From NCBI RefSeq assembly GCF_051859565.1, contig NZ_JBHYFK010000004.1, forward strand, positions 271,099-335,098: a stretch of 64,000 nt of DNA, given 5' to 3'. The notes below the pieces were generated by a model. It had not been told where the DNA came from. It did no database searches and saw nothing but the letters and a program-made list of their open reading frames with translations. A program made the position numbers and the translations under genes. Shown one piece after another: positions 55,710 to 64,000 of this stretch (the stretch's first letter is position 1; every line of letters begins with the position of its first letter). The DNA is from Glycocaulis sp. GTDB lineage: Bacteria > Pseudomonadota > Alphaproteobacteria > Caulobacterales > Maricaulaceae.

Positions 55710-56116
55710 CGACCTCCGCTCTCAGCATCCAGGTATTCGCGTATGCGGACGACAGAGGCGATATCGCCCTGCTTCATTATCTCGACAGGTGTGAAGCCAC
55801 CCAAAACCTGATTTGGCTTTTTGACCCAAGCATATCCGCGCCAGGGATCCGTAAAGAGGTGGCGAAGCCGTTTTTGGATGCCCAAGAGCAAAGAGAGCCG
55901 CATAGCTAGTCCATAATCGATATGTTCAAGCTTGCCCTGTTTCCAGCGCGCGAAGGTGCTTGATGACAGACCGCCGAGTATTGCACAGGCCTCATCGTCG
56001 GTAAGCGTCCATTTTTCAAACAACCGGACGGCAGTGCGTGCCAATGCAGCCGCTTCGGCTTCGGTTATGAGAGGCTCATCGGGTGCCGCCTTGGTGCGTG
56101 AGCTGTCTTCGCCCAT
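55706..56116 (-). CDS. MbcA/ParS/Xre-type antitoxin (DUF2384)
   Basis: ..ACAILGGLSSSTFARWKQGKLEHIDYGLAMRLSLLLGIQKRLRHLFTDPWRGYAWVKKPNQVLGGFTPVEIM..VVRIREYLDA is the typical DUF2384 pattern. Confidence 0.8.
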   Translation of the reverse strand: MGEDSSRTKAAPDEPLITEAEAAALARTAVRLFEKWTLTDDEACAILGGLSSSTFARWKQGKLEHIDYGLAMRLSLLLGIQKRLRHLFTDPWRGYAWVKKPNQVLGGFTPVEIMKQGDIASVVRIREYLDAESGGR

Positions 56117-56269
56117 GCCCAGGTCCTCCTCAATGCGTCAGTTCAATATCCGCCAGTTGGCAAGATGATCGTTGATGGTGCCAGATCATCGTTCGACCCG
56201 ACGCGCCCCACCGCGCCATAGAGCGCTCAGACTGGTTCTCCGGGCGTGTTTTCCGGCACTCAAGCACCT

Positions 56270-58504
56270 CTAGCCGGAATAATAGCTGCGGTAATTCTTG
56301 TAGTAGTAGGACGAGCCTTCGTAGCCATAACGGGCCTGCGCATCCATATCGACCTGCGCGAGTGTGACCCCCAGGACATTAGCTCTCACATCGCCCAGAA
56401 TATCGAGCGCGCTCCTGGCAGCTTCACGCGGGGTGGTCTTCCATTTGACGTTCATGATGACCGCATCGGCGCGCGCGGCGATGACGCGGGTATCGGTCAC
56501 GGCCAGAACAGGCGCTGTATCGATTAGCACCAGATCATAACGCTTCCGCAGACTGGCGAGGAGCGATCTGAAGGCATCGGAGCTGAAAACATCGCGCGGT
56601 GTGTACTGCGACTCCACGACGGGGAGAATATGCAGACCACGCTCGGCGTCCTCGGTCAGGACGTCCTCCAGCGAACACTCCCCGGCAAGCACCTCCAGCA
56701 GGCCTCTGGATGCGCCTGGCACGGCCGCCTTGGTCAGCAGGCGCCGGCGCAAATCACAATCGAGGATGATCGTAGTGGAGCCTGCCATGGCCGATATCCG
56801 GCCCAGCGAATAGGTCGTGGTCGTTTTGCCCTCGCCGGGCAGAGCCGAGGTGATGGCCACCACTTTATGGACCTCATCGATATTGGACAGGAGTATGGCC
56901 GAGCGGATGACACGGAACGCTTCAGCGATCCCTGACAACGGGTTCTCGCGAATATAGTCGAAAGGCTGGCTGCCGGCCGGCAATTTGCCTTGTCCGAAGC
57001 GCCCGCGTGCGAGCATCGGGACAGAGGCGATATGCCCGGTGCCCAGTTCGCGTTCGACATCGGCTTCAGTACGCACGCCGTTATCAAAGGTCTCGAGCAG
57101 GAAGACGGCCCCTACCCCCATCATGCCGCCCAGGACCAGGCCAAGGGCCAGATTGAGCAGCCAGTTGGGCGAACTGGCTTCCAGGGGTATGGCGGCGCGC
57201 GCGACGATGCGGGCATCGGCCGTTGCCAGCTCGTCCTGCTCGCTGGTCTGACGGAAGCGGTTGAGGAAGGACTCAAAGAGTGTGCGTGAGGCCTGGGCCT
57301 CACGCTCCAGTTCACGCAGGCGCACCAGAGCCCGGTTATTGGTAATCAGCTCGGTCCTGAACCCGGAGAGCGTGTTCTGCAAGGACGCCACGCGCTGGCG
57401 CGCGACATTCACCTCGGTTTCCAGCCCTGCGATAATGCGCTGTATCTCCCGGTCAATCTGCTCTTCCAGATCAGCCACTTCACGTTCGACGGCCAGGAAT
57501 TCGGGGTGGCGCGGGCCATAGCGCGAGGAAAGATCGCTCCGGCGCCGGCTGGTCTCGGTCTGCTGGGCGCGCAAGGCCCGGATCGTTTGCGAGCGCAGCA
57601 CCTCCCCGATCGTATCAAGCGATGCGCCGCGCTGGAGCTGGGTCTGGACACTGCGCAGGGAGGATTCCGCTGCCGACAGCTCGGCGCGCTGAATGGCCAG
57701 CTGGGCATTGAGATCCGCGATCTGCTGCTCGGTCAGATTACTCCCGCCCGCATCGAGAAGGCCCTGTTCGGCGCGATACATTTCCACGGCCTGCTCGGCG
57801 GTACGGACCTCTTCGCGCAGGACTTCCAGGCGCTGATTGAGCCAGGTATTGGCCCGCTCGGTCGCATCGAACCTGGCTTCAAGCTGGGAGAGCAGATAGA
57901 GGTCAGCAAAGGCATTGGCGATGCGCGCTGCCTTCGCCGGATCTTCAGAGGCAAAACTGATACCAATGACGTAAGTCAGCCCCGACCGGCGCGCCGTCAG
58001 CCGGCCAATGACCGTATCGGTTACCCGTTCAAGAGCCGGGTCTTCATCACTGCCATCGCCGGCGGGGACGATCTGAGAGGGCAAAAGTGCCGTGACAAAG
58101 CCTCGCACACCCGCGATCACACCGCCCAGGCCAGAGGGCTCACGAAGCGCGCTATTGAACTCAGGATCGGAGACAAGATCGAGGGAACGCACAACACTCT
58201 GGGTCAGGGACCGGCTCTGAATGAGCTGAACCTCGGTATCGATGGCCGCCGCGTCCGATCCCACCCCGCTCAGGACCGCTTCCATATCGATAATCTGTGA
58301 ACGGCGCTGATCGATGATGACGCTCGCGGTGGCGGTATATTGCGGCGTCATCTGCATGGTGACGATGATGACCAGCGCAAAGACGGCAAAGGCCACTGCG
58401 ATGAGCACCGGCAATCGCCGGCGGAAAATGCGGGCCAGATGACGCAGATCGATCAGATCGTCACTGCCTGCCGCTTTACCCCTGCCAGGATCTGCCTGCA
58501 CCAT
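56270..58504 (-). CDS. polysaccharide biosynthesis tyrosine autokinase (Wzc/ExoP-like)
   Basis: GumC/Wzz N-domain with two TM segments and a coiled coil. C-terminal kinase with Walker A SALPGEGKTTTT. Tyr-cluster tail YGYEGSSYYYKNYRSYYSG. Confidence 0.92.
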   Translation of the reverse strand: MVQADPGRGKAAGSDDLIDLRHLARIFRRRLPVLIAVAFAVFALVIIVTMQMTPQYTATASVIIDQRRSQIIDMEAVLSGVGSDAAAIDTEVQLIQSRSLTQSVVRSLDLVSDPEFNSALREPSGLGGVIAGVRGFVTALLPSQIVPAGDGSDEDPALERVTDTVIGRLTARRSGLTYVIGISFASEDPAKAARIANAFADLYLLSQLEARFDATERANTWLNQRLEVLREEVRTAEQAVEMYRAEQGLLDAGGSNLTEQQIADLNAQLAIQRAELSAAESSLRSVQTQLQRGASLDTIGEVLRSQTIRALRAQQTETSRRRSDLSSRYGPRHPEFLAVEREVADLEEQIDREIQRIIAGLETEVNVARQRVASLQNTLSGFRTELITNNRALVRLRELEREAQASRTLFESFLNRFRQTSEQDELATADARIVARAAIPLEASSPNWLLNLALGLVLGGMMGVGAVFLLETFDNGVRTEADVERELGTGHIASVPMLARGRFGQGKLPAGSQPFDYIRENPLSGIAEAFRVIRSAILLSNIDEVHKVVAITSALPGEGKTTTTYSLGRISAMAGSTTIILDCDLRRRLLTKAAVPGASRGLLEVLAGECSLEDVLTEDAERGLHILPVVESQYTPRDVFSSDAFRSLLASLRKRYDLVLIDTAPVLAVTDTRVIAARADAVIMNVKWKTTPREAARSALDILGDVRANVLGVTLAQVDMDAQARYGYEGSSYYYKNYRSYYSG

Positions 58505-58643
58505 ATCCGTCTCTACCTCTTAAAATACCTGACGCGCCCGGCTGGCACCCGCCCATGATAAACCGCTACAGGCTCCTATTATAAAAAGGAGCCTGTCCGC
58601 GATAGCCAGAGCTTGCAAAAGGGGACCCAGAGCCATTCAGCGC

Positions 58644-59954
58644 CTAGTATTGCAGCACCAGGCCCAGCGTGAAGCGATTGACGGTGAAATCCCGGTTGGC
58701 CGCTGCGCCTGACGAGGTCTGCTCGAAATGGCTGTAGGATGCGCGCAAGCCCATATTGCGGTTCATCAGATAGGTCGCCTGGGCGGTCGCGCCCCAGCGC
58801 TCATCTTCCCGGTCAATGCCCTGATAATCATCACTGCCATAATCGAGGCGGCCGGTGAGGATGACATTGCGGCGAAGCTCATGATCAAGCTGCGCCGAGG
58901 CCGCAGTACCGACATAGCCTGCTGCGGCGGCAATGCCGGAATCTTCGATACTGCGCTGGGCCGTGAAGGTCAGCGTGGTAAGCTGGGTGGGGAACCACTC
59001 GATCAGGCCGTCAATGCTGAAACCGTTAACATTGGCAAAGCCCGGACTGTCATAGTCCTGCTTCATATAGCCAAGGCCGAGCTCGCCGCGGGCAAGTCCG
59101 CCCAGATCAAACTCGACGCCCGCATCGACGGTGTATCCGTTTGAATCGCGGTTGAGCGGCACGGCGGGCGGCGAGAGGCGATGGTCGCGTTCATTATGGC
59201 GATAGCGCACAAACAGCGCGGTATCCGGGCTGATCGCATAGTCTGCGCGCAGCGTGTAACGGTGCAGATCACGATCCCGGAACCCTTGCGAGGCGACACC
59301 CCCGCCAATCAGGGCAGCATCGTCATAATCGCTGCGCGAGAAGTCATAGCCGCCGCGCAGGCGCAGACGGTTGAACACATGATCGCCGCCAAGGGCAAAG
59401 CTCGTCGTGTCAAACCGGATCGGCTCGGCCGCAGAGCCTGCTGCGCCAGCAGAGGTGCGCGGTTCAGTGGCACGGCTGTGGGAGGCAGAGAGGTTCACAG
59501 CTGTGCCGCGCGCGACATCAAGCCGGCCCGCTGCCCCGAATGTGTAGTCGGTCGTGCTCTCCGACCCGAAATCGGCATACTCCCGGGCCACGACATTGGC
59601 AAAGGCATTGAAGGCGTGATTGGACCAGGTTGTATCCATGGTGATCGAGGGGTTGATCACGAAAATGGTGTCGGACTGTTCTGCTGTAGCCGTGGCAAAG
59701 ATGTTGTCGTTGAACTCGACACCCAGATCAGCGCGGGGCCGGAAGATGAAGGCGCCAGCGCGCACGCCCAGCGCGTCATATTCAGGCCGTGGGCGCTGCA
59801 TGACCGAGATATTCCGGTCGCGGTCCCACAACCATTGGGCGGAGGCTTCGCCGCTGATGATCACGCCTGACCCGGCAGCAGAGATCAGCATTATCGCCGT
59901 CAGACCTGCGCCCGTTACCCGCTTGTCATTCCTGCCCGCCATTGCGGCCCCCAA
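58644..59954 (-). CDS. outer-membrane beta-barrel protein (EPS-locus associated)
   Basis: Signal peptide ..GVIISGEASA-Q. Alternating beta-strand pattern. Terminal ..FTLGLVLQY. Confidence 0.7.
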   Translation of the reverse strand: MGAAMAGRNDKRVTGAGLTAIMLISAAGSGVIISGEASAQWLWDRDRNISVMQRPRPEYDALGVRAGAFIFRPRADLGVEFNDNIFATATAEQSDTIFVINPSITMDTTWSNHAFNAFANVVAREYADFGSESTTDYTFGAAGRLDVARGTAVNLSASHSRATEPRTSAGAAGSAAEPIRFDTTSFALGGDHVFNRLRLRGGYDFSRSDYDDAALIGGGVASQGFRDRDLHRYTLRADYAISPDTALFVRYRHNERDHRLSPPAVPLNRDSNGYTVDAGVEFDLGGLARGELGLGYMKQDYDSPGFANVNGFSIDGLIEWFPTQLTTLTFTAQRSIEDSGIAAAAGYVGTAASAQLDHELRRNVILTGRLDYGSDDYQGIDREDERWGATAQATYLMNRNMGLRASYSHFEQTSSGAAANRDFTVNRFTLGLVLQY

Positions 59955-60047
59955 TTGTGATGCAGACCCATGCCCCGCCCGATACGGAGCACGTCATTCG
60001 GTGTCAGCCCTGGCGCGCTTTGGGCGCTACCCGGCCAATCGGTGCTC

Positions 60048-60482
60048 TTAGTAGTCAGAACCACCGCGCCCGCCGGGAGGAGGCGGAGGAGGGGGCACAG
60101 GCGCACCGCTAGCCGGACCGCCCGGAACACCGGCCACACTGGATGTGCTCAGCTGCCCGGAAACGCTCTGACTGGCCGCCTGAGCGGCAGGGCTTGCCAT
60201 CACCGGATTTGACGCTGCGATCGCGAGGGCCGCGGCTGCCGTAGCGCTGTCAGCACCCGAAGCAACAATCGCTGCGATGATTGCCGCTTCAATTTCGTCA
60301 GCGCTAGCATCGGGGCCAACGGCCGCGACTGCCGCGACAATAGCGTCAGCGACTTCCTGCGCCCTTGGCGCTTCCTGGAGGAATGCAATGGCGTGCGCCG
60401 AAACACCCAGGCCCAAAGCCGGCAAAGACCCCAGCGCTACCGCGCTCAGCGCGGCTTTCGGCAGTTTCCAATCGAGTTTCAT
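60048..60482 (-). CDS. secreted Ala-rich protein with polyproline/Gly-Arg tail
   Basis: Signal peptide MKLDWKLPKAALSAVALGSLPALGLGVSAHA. Ala-rich repeats. Tail ..APVPPPPPPPGGRGGSDY. Confidence 0.5.
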   Translation of the reverse strand: MKLDWKLPKAALSAVALGSLPALGLGVSAHAIAFLQEAPRAQEVADAIVAAVAAVGPDASADEIEAAIIAAIVASGADSATAAAALAIAASNPVMASPAAQAASQSVSGQLSTSSVAGVPGGPASGAPVPPPPPPPGGRGGSDY

Positions 60483-61161
60483 GGCGGAATCCCTCATCCT
60501 AAAGTTTAATTATCATACCAGATACACCGGCCCCTCGCTAGCGCCGCAAAGGTGTTTTCGAGACGAAACGGCCCCAACACCCCGCCAACCACCATGTTTT
60601 GATGCGGTGCAGCGTAAATGTCACATGCGAAGCCACTGGCCGGTGAGTGTCGCACAGAGGGCACGGGTGATCATATCAAGGCGAATCGTGATCTGTTGTC
60701 CAAGTATTGGCGTTAACCAACAAAAGTTCGCGCCGGTTATGAGATCGTTAGGCTTCGATAGGGCAGAGTTTCGGCGTCTTTAGTCTTGCAGGAGCAAGAA
60801 TGATGCGTGCAGAAAAGCGCAAATTGCCTGATCAGGAGACTCGTACGCCGTGTCCGGTCTCTGAGAAACCGGTAAGCCTTGCCGCCGCCACAGAGGCCAC
60901 GCTGGATGTCGGCCCTTCGCCGGCACGTGCGCTCCAGCAGCAGCTTGCCGCTGGCTTGGCACTCGGCAGCGATATCGGTTTGGACATCGGGGAACGCTGG
61001 TCCAGGCGCCGCTCACTGGCCGTCCTGCTTGTCAGCAATGGCCTGTTCTGGGTTTGCGCGGCATGGGGCCTTTCACAACTGCTCTAGCCAGTGCGCAATT
61101 GCAAGGCAGGCCGGACGCCAACGCCGCTTCCACCTTCAATCCGGTACACCACCCAAATCTA

Positions 61162-63063
61162 TCACAACGATCCGCCCAGCAGCTCTTCCAATGCCGCACG
61201 CATGTCGGCAGGCGCATCTTCGCCAAAGTTCTGGAGCCAACGCCGGTCGGCGCGGCGCCCGACGAGCACCAAAGCCTGGGACAGAGCTTGGCGGCGTATA
61301 CCCTCATCAAGCTCAGCCCAGGCCAAAGCCGTAATCTGAAGACGCCAGCGCATGATGTCGCGTGCGCCATAAGGGCTGAGGTAAAAACTTTGCGCGAGCG
61401 CCTCCTGGCCATCTGGCGTCAACCGCCCGTGCCGTGCCATGTCGATATAGACGAGCCGGTTCCAGGCCGTGACGAGGCGGGGCTCGCGTTCAAGTGCCCC
61501 GCGGGTGGCACGTTCAGCAAAATCCAGATCATGAATATCCGCCTCAATGGCACGCGAAGCGATAGCTTCGCGCCAATAGGCGGACGGGGCAAGCGCGTCT
61601 CTTGCTGCAATCTGGGCGATGGCCTCCGGACCAAGACGGTAGGCGGCATTAGCCTCAAGGCGCAGCTGGCCCTGCCATCCCAATGCGCCTGCCAATCCTA
61701 ATGCCAGAACCGACAGCCCGGCCCTTGGCGCCCACCGGGCAAGCAAGCCGAGCTGCGCGCGCCGCCTGACATCCCCCTGGCGGGCTGCCCGCCCCCCTGC
61801 CCCGACCGCGCAGCCAAGACCCAACACCCAGGCCCACCACCACATAAAGCCCGGCACTTCGAGAGCGTAGTCGGTAAGCGCATGCAGCAGGACAAGGATG
61901 GAGATACAGATCACGGCGCGCAGATATACCTGCTCTTTGCGGCGGCGGCGCAGACCGCGCATAACGGCCATGACGAGCGCGGCAATGACCGCTGCCATGG
62001 CAAGAGTGCCGGCCCAGCCCATCTGCAAGAGCCATTGCAGGTAAACATTATGCGCCGCGCCCTGGTTACCGAGTATCGCGGCATTGCGGCTGGTGGCGAT
62101 GAGGTCGTTGACGAAGCCAAAACTGCCAAGGCCGTGGCCCCATAAGGGCGCAAGCGGCACGGCTTGCCAGTACGCAGCAAAAAGCGTCTGGCGGGAGGTA
62201 TCATCAAAGACCCGGTCAAACCGGCTGGCGGCGAGCTCGCCTGATACGGTCCAGACAAGGCCAGCCAGTACCAGGAACGCCGCGCCGCTGCCCACGGCGA
62301 GGCCAAGGCTGCGGTGCGCTGCATTGCTCTGGCGCGACCAGGCGTAGATCTGCCAACCAGTCAGCAATAGTGCAGCAAACCCTGTGAACGCGATGCCGGC
62401 GCGCGAGGCGGTCAGGACAAGGCAGGTGGCAGGCAGGAGGGTGGCGACAAGGGCAAGGGAAAGCGCAATAGCGTGCCGGGACACGCCCTGGTCTCTGGTA
62501 CTGGCCCGCCGGATCCAGGCAAGCAGCTCGGTCAGGCCCATCAGGCTGATCAGGCCAAAATAAGTTGCAGCGGTATTCGCAGAGAGAAATCCGCCCGACA
62601 GCCTGTCGCGGTGGTAAGGCCGTTCGACCCCCCACAGATGGTCCGGCGACAGGGTGAAGTCTAGAAACGACCAGATCGCGATGATGACACCGGCGGCCAG
62701 GCTGGCGCGCCAGACCCATACTGCGCCGCCTGAGATGCGCGCACTATTACGGGCGACAAGCCAAAGTGCGCCAGCCGCAGCAATTGCTCCGAAATCGGGA
62801 CCGCCTGTATCAACATGTCCGCGCGCTACGAGCAAAATGGCGAGCGCCCCCAGTCCGGCCACGCCAATCCAGATACCAGGCGTCGGCCGCTGGGTGTCCA
62901 GACACAGAACACCAAGAGCCGCGACCAATAAGATCGCGCTCGAAAAATAGGCTTTGGCTGCCGGTATGTCGGCGCCAAAAAACACCGCCGCTGCCCCAAT
63001 CAGCGCAAGAAGCAATCCCGCAGGAAACAGGAGCTGCAATCCTGTGTGGGTATCCTGGTGCAT
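61162..63063 (-). CDS. O-antigen ligase/polymerase family protein with about 200-aa soluble helical C-terminal extension
   Basis: About 10 or more TM segments with a Wzy_C-like loop, followed by a helical-repeat C-terminus. The start is trimmed to MHQDTH to avoid overlap with the upstream gene. Confidence 0.75.
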   Translation of the reverse strand: MHQDTHTGLQLLFPAGLLLALIGAAAVFFGADIPAAKAYFSSAILLVAALGVLCLDTQRPTPGIWIGVAGLGALAILLVARGHVDTGGPDFGAIAAAGALWLVARNSARISGGAVWVWRASLAAGVIIAIWSFLDFTLSPDHLWGVERPYHRDRLSGGFLSANTAATYFGLISLMGLTELLAWIRRASTRDQGVSRHAIALSLALVATLLPATCLVLTASRAGIAFTGFAALLLTGWQIYAWSRQSNAAHRSLGLAVGSGAAFLVLAGLVWTVSGELAASRFDRVFDDTSRQTLFAAYWQAVPLAPLWGHGLGSFGFVNDLIATSRNAAILGNQGAAHNVYLQWLLQMGWAGTLAMAAVIAALVMAVMRGLRRRRKEQVYLRAVICISILVLLHALTDYALEVPGFMWWWAWVLGLGCAVGAGGRAARQGDVRRRAQLGLLARWAPRAGLSVLALGLAGALGWQGQLRLEANAAYRLGPEAIAQIAARDALAPSAYWREAIASRAIEADIHDLDFAERATRGALEREPRLVTAWNRLVYIDMARHGRLTPDGQEALAQSFYLSPYGARDIMRWRLQITALAWAELDEGIRRQALSQALVLVGRRADRRWLQNFGEDAPADMRAALEELLGGSL

Positions 63064-63124
63064 GTCGATAACCGATCCGACGCGGTGAATATTTTTTGGT
63101 GGCTGTCCGGAACCGAGCCCAAAC

Positions 63125-63703
63125 CTAGAAGAAGCGCTCGCCAATTCGGATCGTATCACCAGGCTGGACGGGCGTGCTCACCGTCAGGGGAAACTCTTCC
63201 TCCTGCGCCGCGCCGGCGCGCTTGATGAAAACGCGCCGTGTGTTCGCCCGGTAAGAAAACCCGCCAGCGGTGGCCACGGCATTCACAACCGTAAGGCCGG
63301 AGGTAAAGGGATATTCTCCGGGCTCACGCACTTCGCCCATTATATAATAGGGCCTGAAATTCATGACCTCGGCGCTGACACGCGGATCATTGAGATAGCC
63401 TTCGCTGAGGGAGGATTCTGCCGCTCTTTGAAACTCGCGAAGGGTTAGCCCGCCAGCTCGCACCTCGCCGATGAGCGGCAAGGACACAGCCCCGCTGCCA
63501 TCAACAGTATACTCGCCTGACAAGGCGTCCTCACCAAAGACGATCACGCGAAGCCGGTCACCGGAGCCGAGGCGATACTCGCTGACTTCACGCAGTTCCT
63601 GGGACGCCGGCGCAAGATCTACGCTTACCTCGCTGGTCGTACCTGTGCTGACGCAACCGATTATGAAGAGCCCAGCAGCCAAAGCGGCAATCATGCGCAC
63701 CAT
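63125..63703 (-). CDS. polysaccharide export protein (Wza/GumB-like)
   Basis: MVRMIAALAAGLFIIGC lipobox. YRLGSGDRLRVIVFGEDALSGEYTVDGSGAVSLPLIGEV (Poly_export) plus an SLBB region. The start is chosen after gagggga. Confidence 0.8.
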   Translation of the reverse strand: MVRMIAALAAGLFIIGCVSTGTTSEVSVDLAPASQELREVSEYRLGSGDRLRVIVFGEDALSGEYTVDGSGAVSLPLIGEVRAGGLTLREFQRAAESSLSEGYLNDPRVSAEVMNFRPYYIMGEVREPGEYPFTSGLTVVNAVATAGGFSYRANTRRVFIKRAGAAQEEEFPLTVSTPVQPGDTIRIGERFF

Positions 63704-63870
63704 ATAATATCCCCTCATCTTTCTGACTTCCGCAAAACCAGCGCCTGCAGGTTCGTTTAAGGTCAGCTTCATGGATCGTCAGCCGATCTGCAAGCAGTAG
63801 GCCCGAGCCTTGGCACGCAGTTTTACCGCTCAAACCAGATCACCAGGACGAAGGCGAGGCGCCAGGCCGG

Positions 63871-64000
63871 TTATTGAGAGGCCACGCCCCATCTGGACGC
63901 ATGAAACCGCCAGGCATCGGCGACGATCTGTTCAGCGCTCGAAAGGGTTGGCGTGAACCCGAGGAGGCTGTGCGCTCTTGCCGTATCGGCCACCAACCGG
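63871..64000 (-). CDS. galE: UDP-glucose 4-epimerase-like protein, C-terminal 42 codons only
   Basis: Own translation ..RLVADTARAHSLLGFTPTLSSAEQIVADAWRFHASRWGVASQ* matches the typical GalE C-terminus pattern (A-D-x-x-K-A-x-x-x-L-G-W-x-P...I-x-D-A-W-x-W). Confidence 0.55.
   Translation of the reverse strand, partial: RLVADTARAHSLLGFTPTLSSAEQIVADAWRFHASRWGVASQ

Overview
This is a high-GC alphaproteobacterial chromosome segment. Gene content and an hfs-like polysaccharide cluster suggest a Caulobacterales/Hyphomonadaceae-type organism, which is inference only.

**Core region, about 1-36 kb.**
- Housekeeping genes: kbl (truncated by the window edge), clpA-clpS, tRNA-Lys(UUU), tgt, an acyl-CoA carboxyltransferase, a Nu-class GST, a 2OG-Fe(II) oxygenase and Mrp/ApbC.
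- A 10-gene Wzx/Wzy-type polysaccharide cluster whose content and order resemble the Caulobacter holdfast (hfs) genes.
- An uptake and catabolism group: MFS transporter, TonB-dependent receptor, TetR regulator and two alpha/beta hydrolases.
- Several secreted proteins or lipoproteins of unknown function.

**Genomic island, about 36.0-55.5 kb.** It starts directly after tRNA-Ser(GCU) with a tyrosine integrase. It has lower and patchy GC, and I could not find a right-end repeat (attR). It carries:
- (i) A translationally coupled three-gene module headed by a ribbon-helix-helix protein.
- (ii) A 1.3 kb stretch with hairpins and no convincing ORF.
- (iii) An ambiguous locus of two mutually antisense ORFs.
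- (iv) A pair of genes with no recognisable family (358 aa, and 463 aa membrane-anchored).
- (v) Two secreted lipoprotein nucleases (DRGH/NucA-type and EEP-type).
- (vi) A four-gene translationally coupled operon: HTH protein, membrane-anchored TPR protein with a TIR-like N-terminus, 147-aa protein, XRE regulator.
- (vii) An AT-rich cassette encoding a double-glycine-leader peptide and a CPBP-like membrane protein, next to HlyD and C39-peptidase ABC exporter genes.
- (viii) An MbcA/ParS-type antitoxin whose toxin partner is reduced to 60 codons.

**Second polysaccharide locus, about 56-64 kb.** It contains a tyrosine autokinase, an outer-membrane barrel, an O-antigen-ligase-like protein, a Wza-like exporter and the 3' end of galE.

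The most interesting candidates are items (vi), (vii) and (iv). All functional calls rest on motif recognition by eye. No database search was run.
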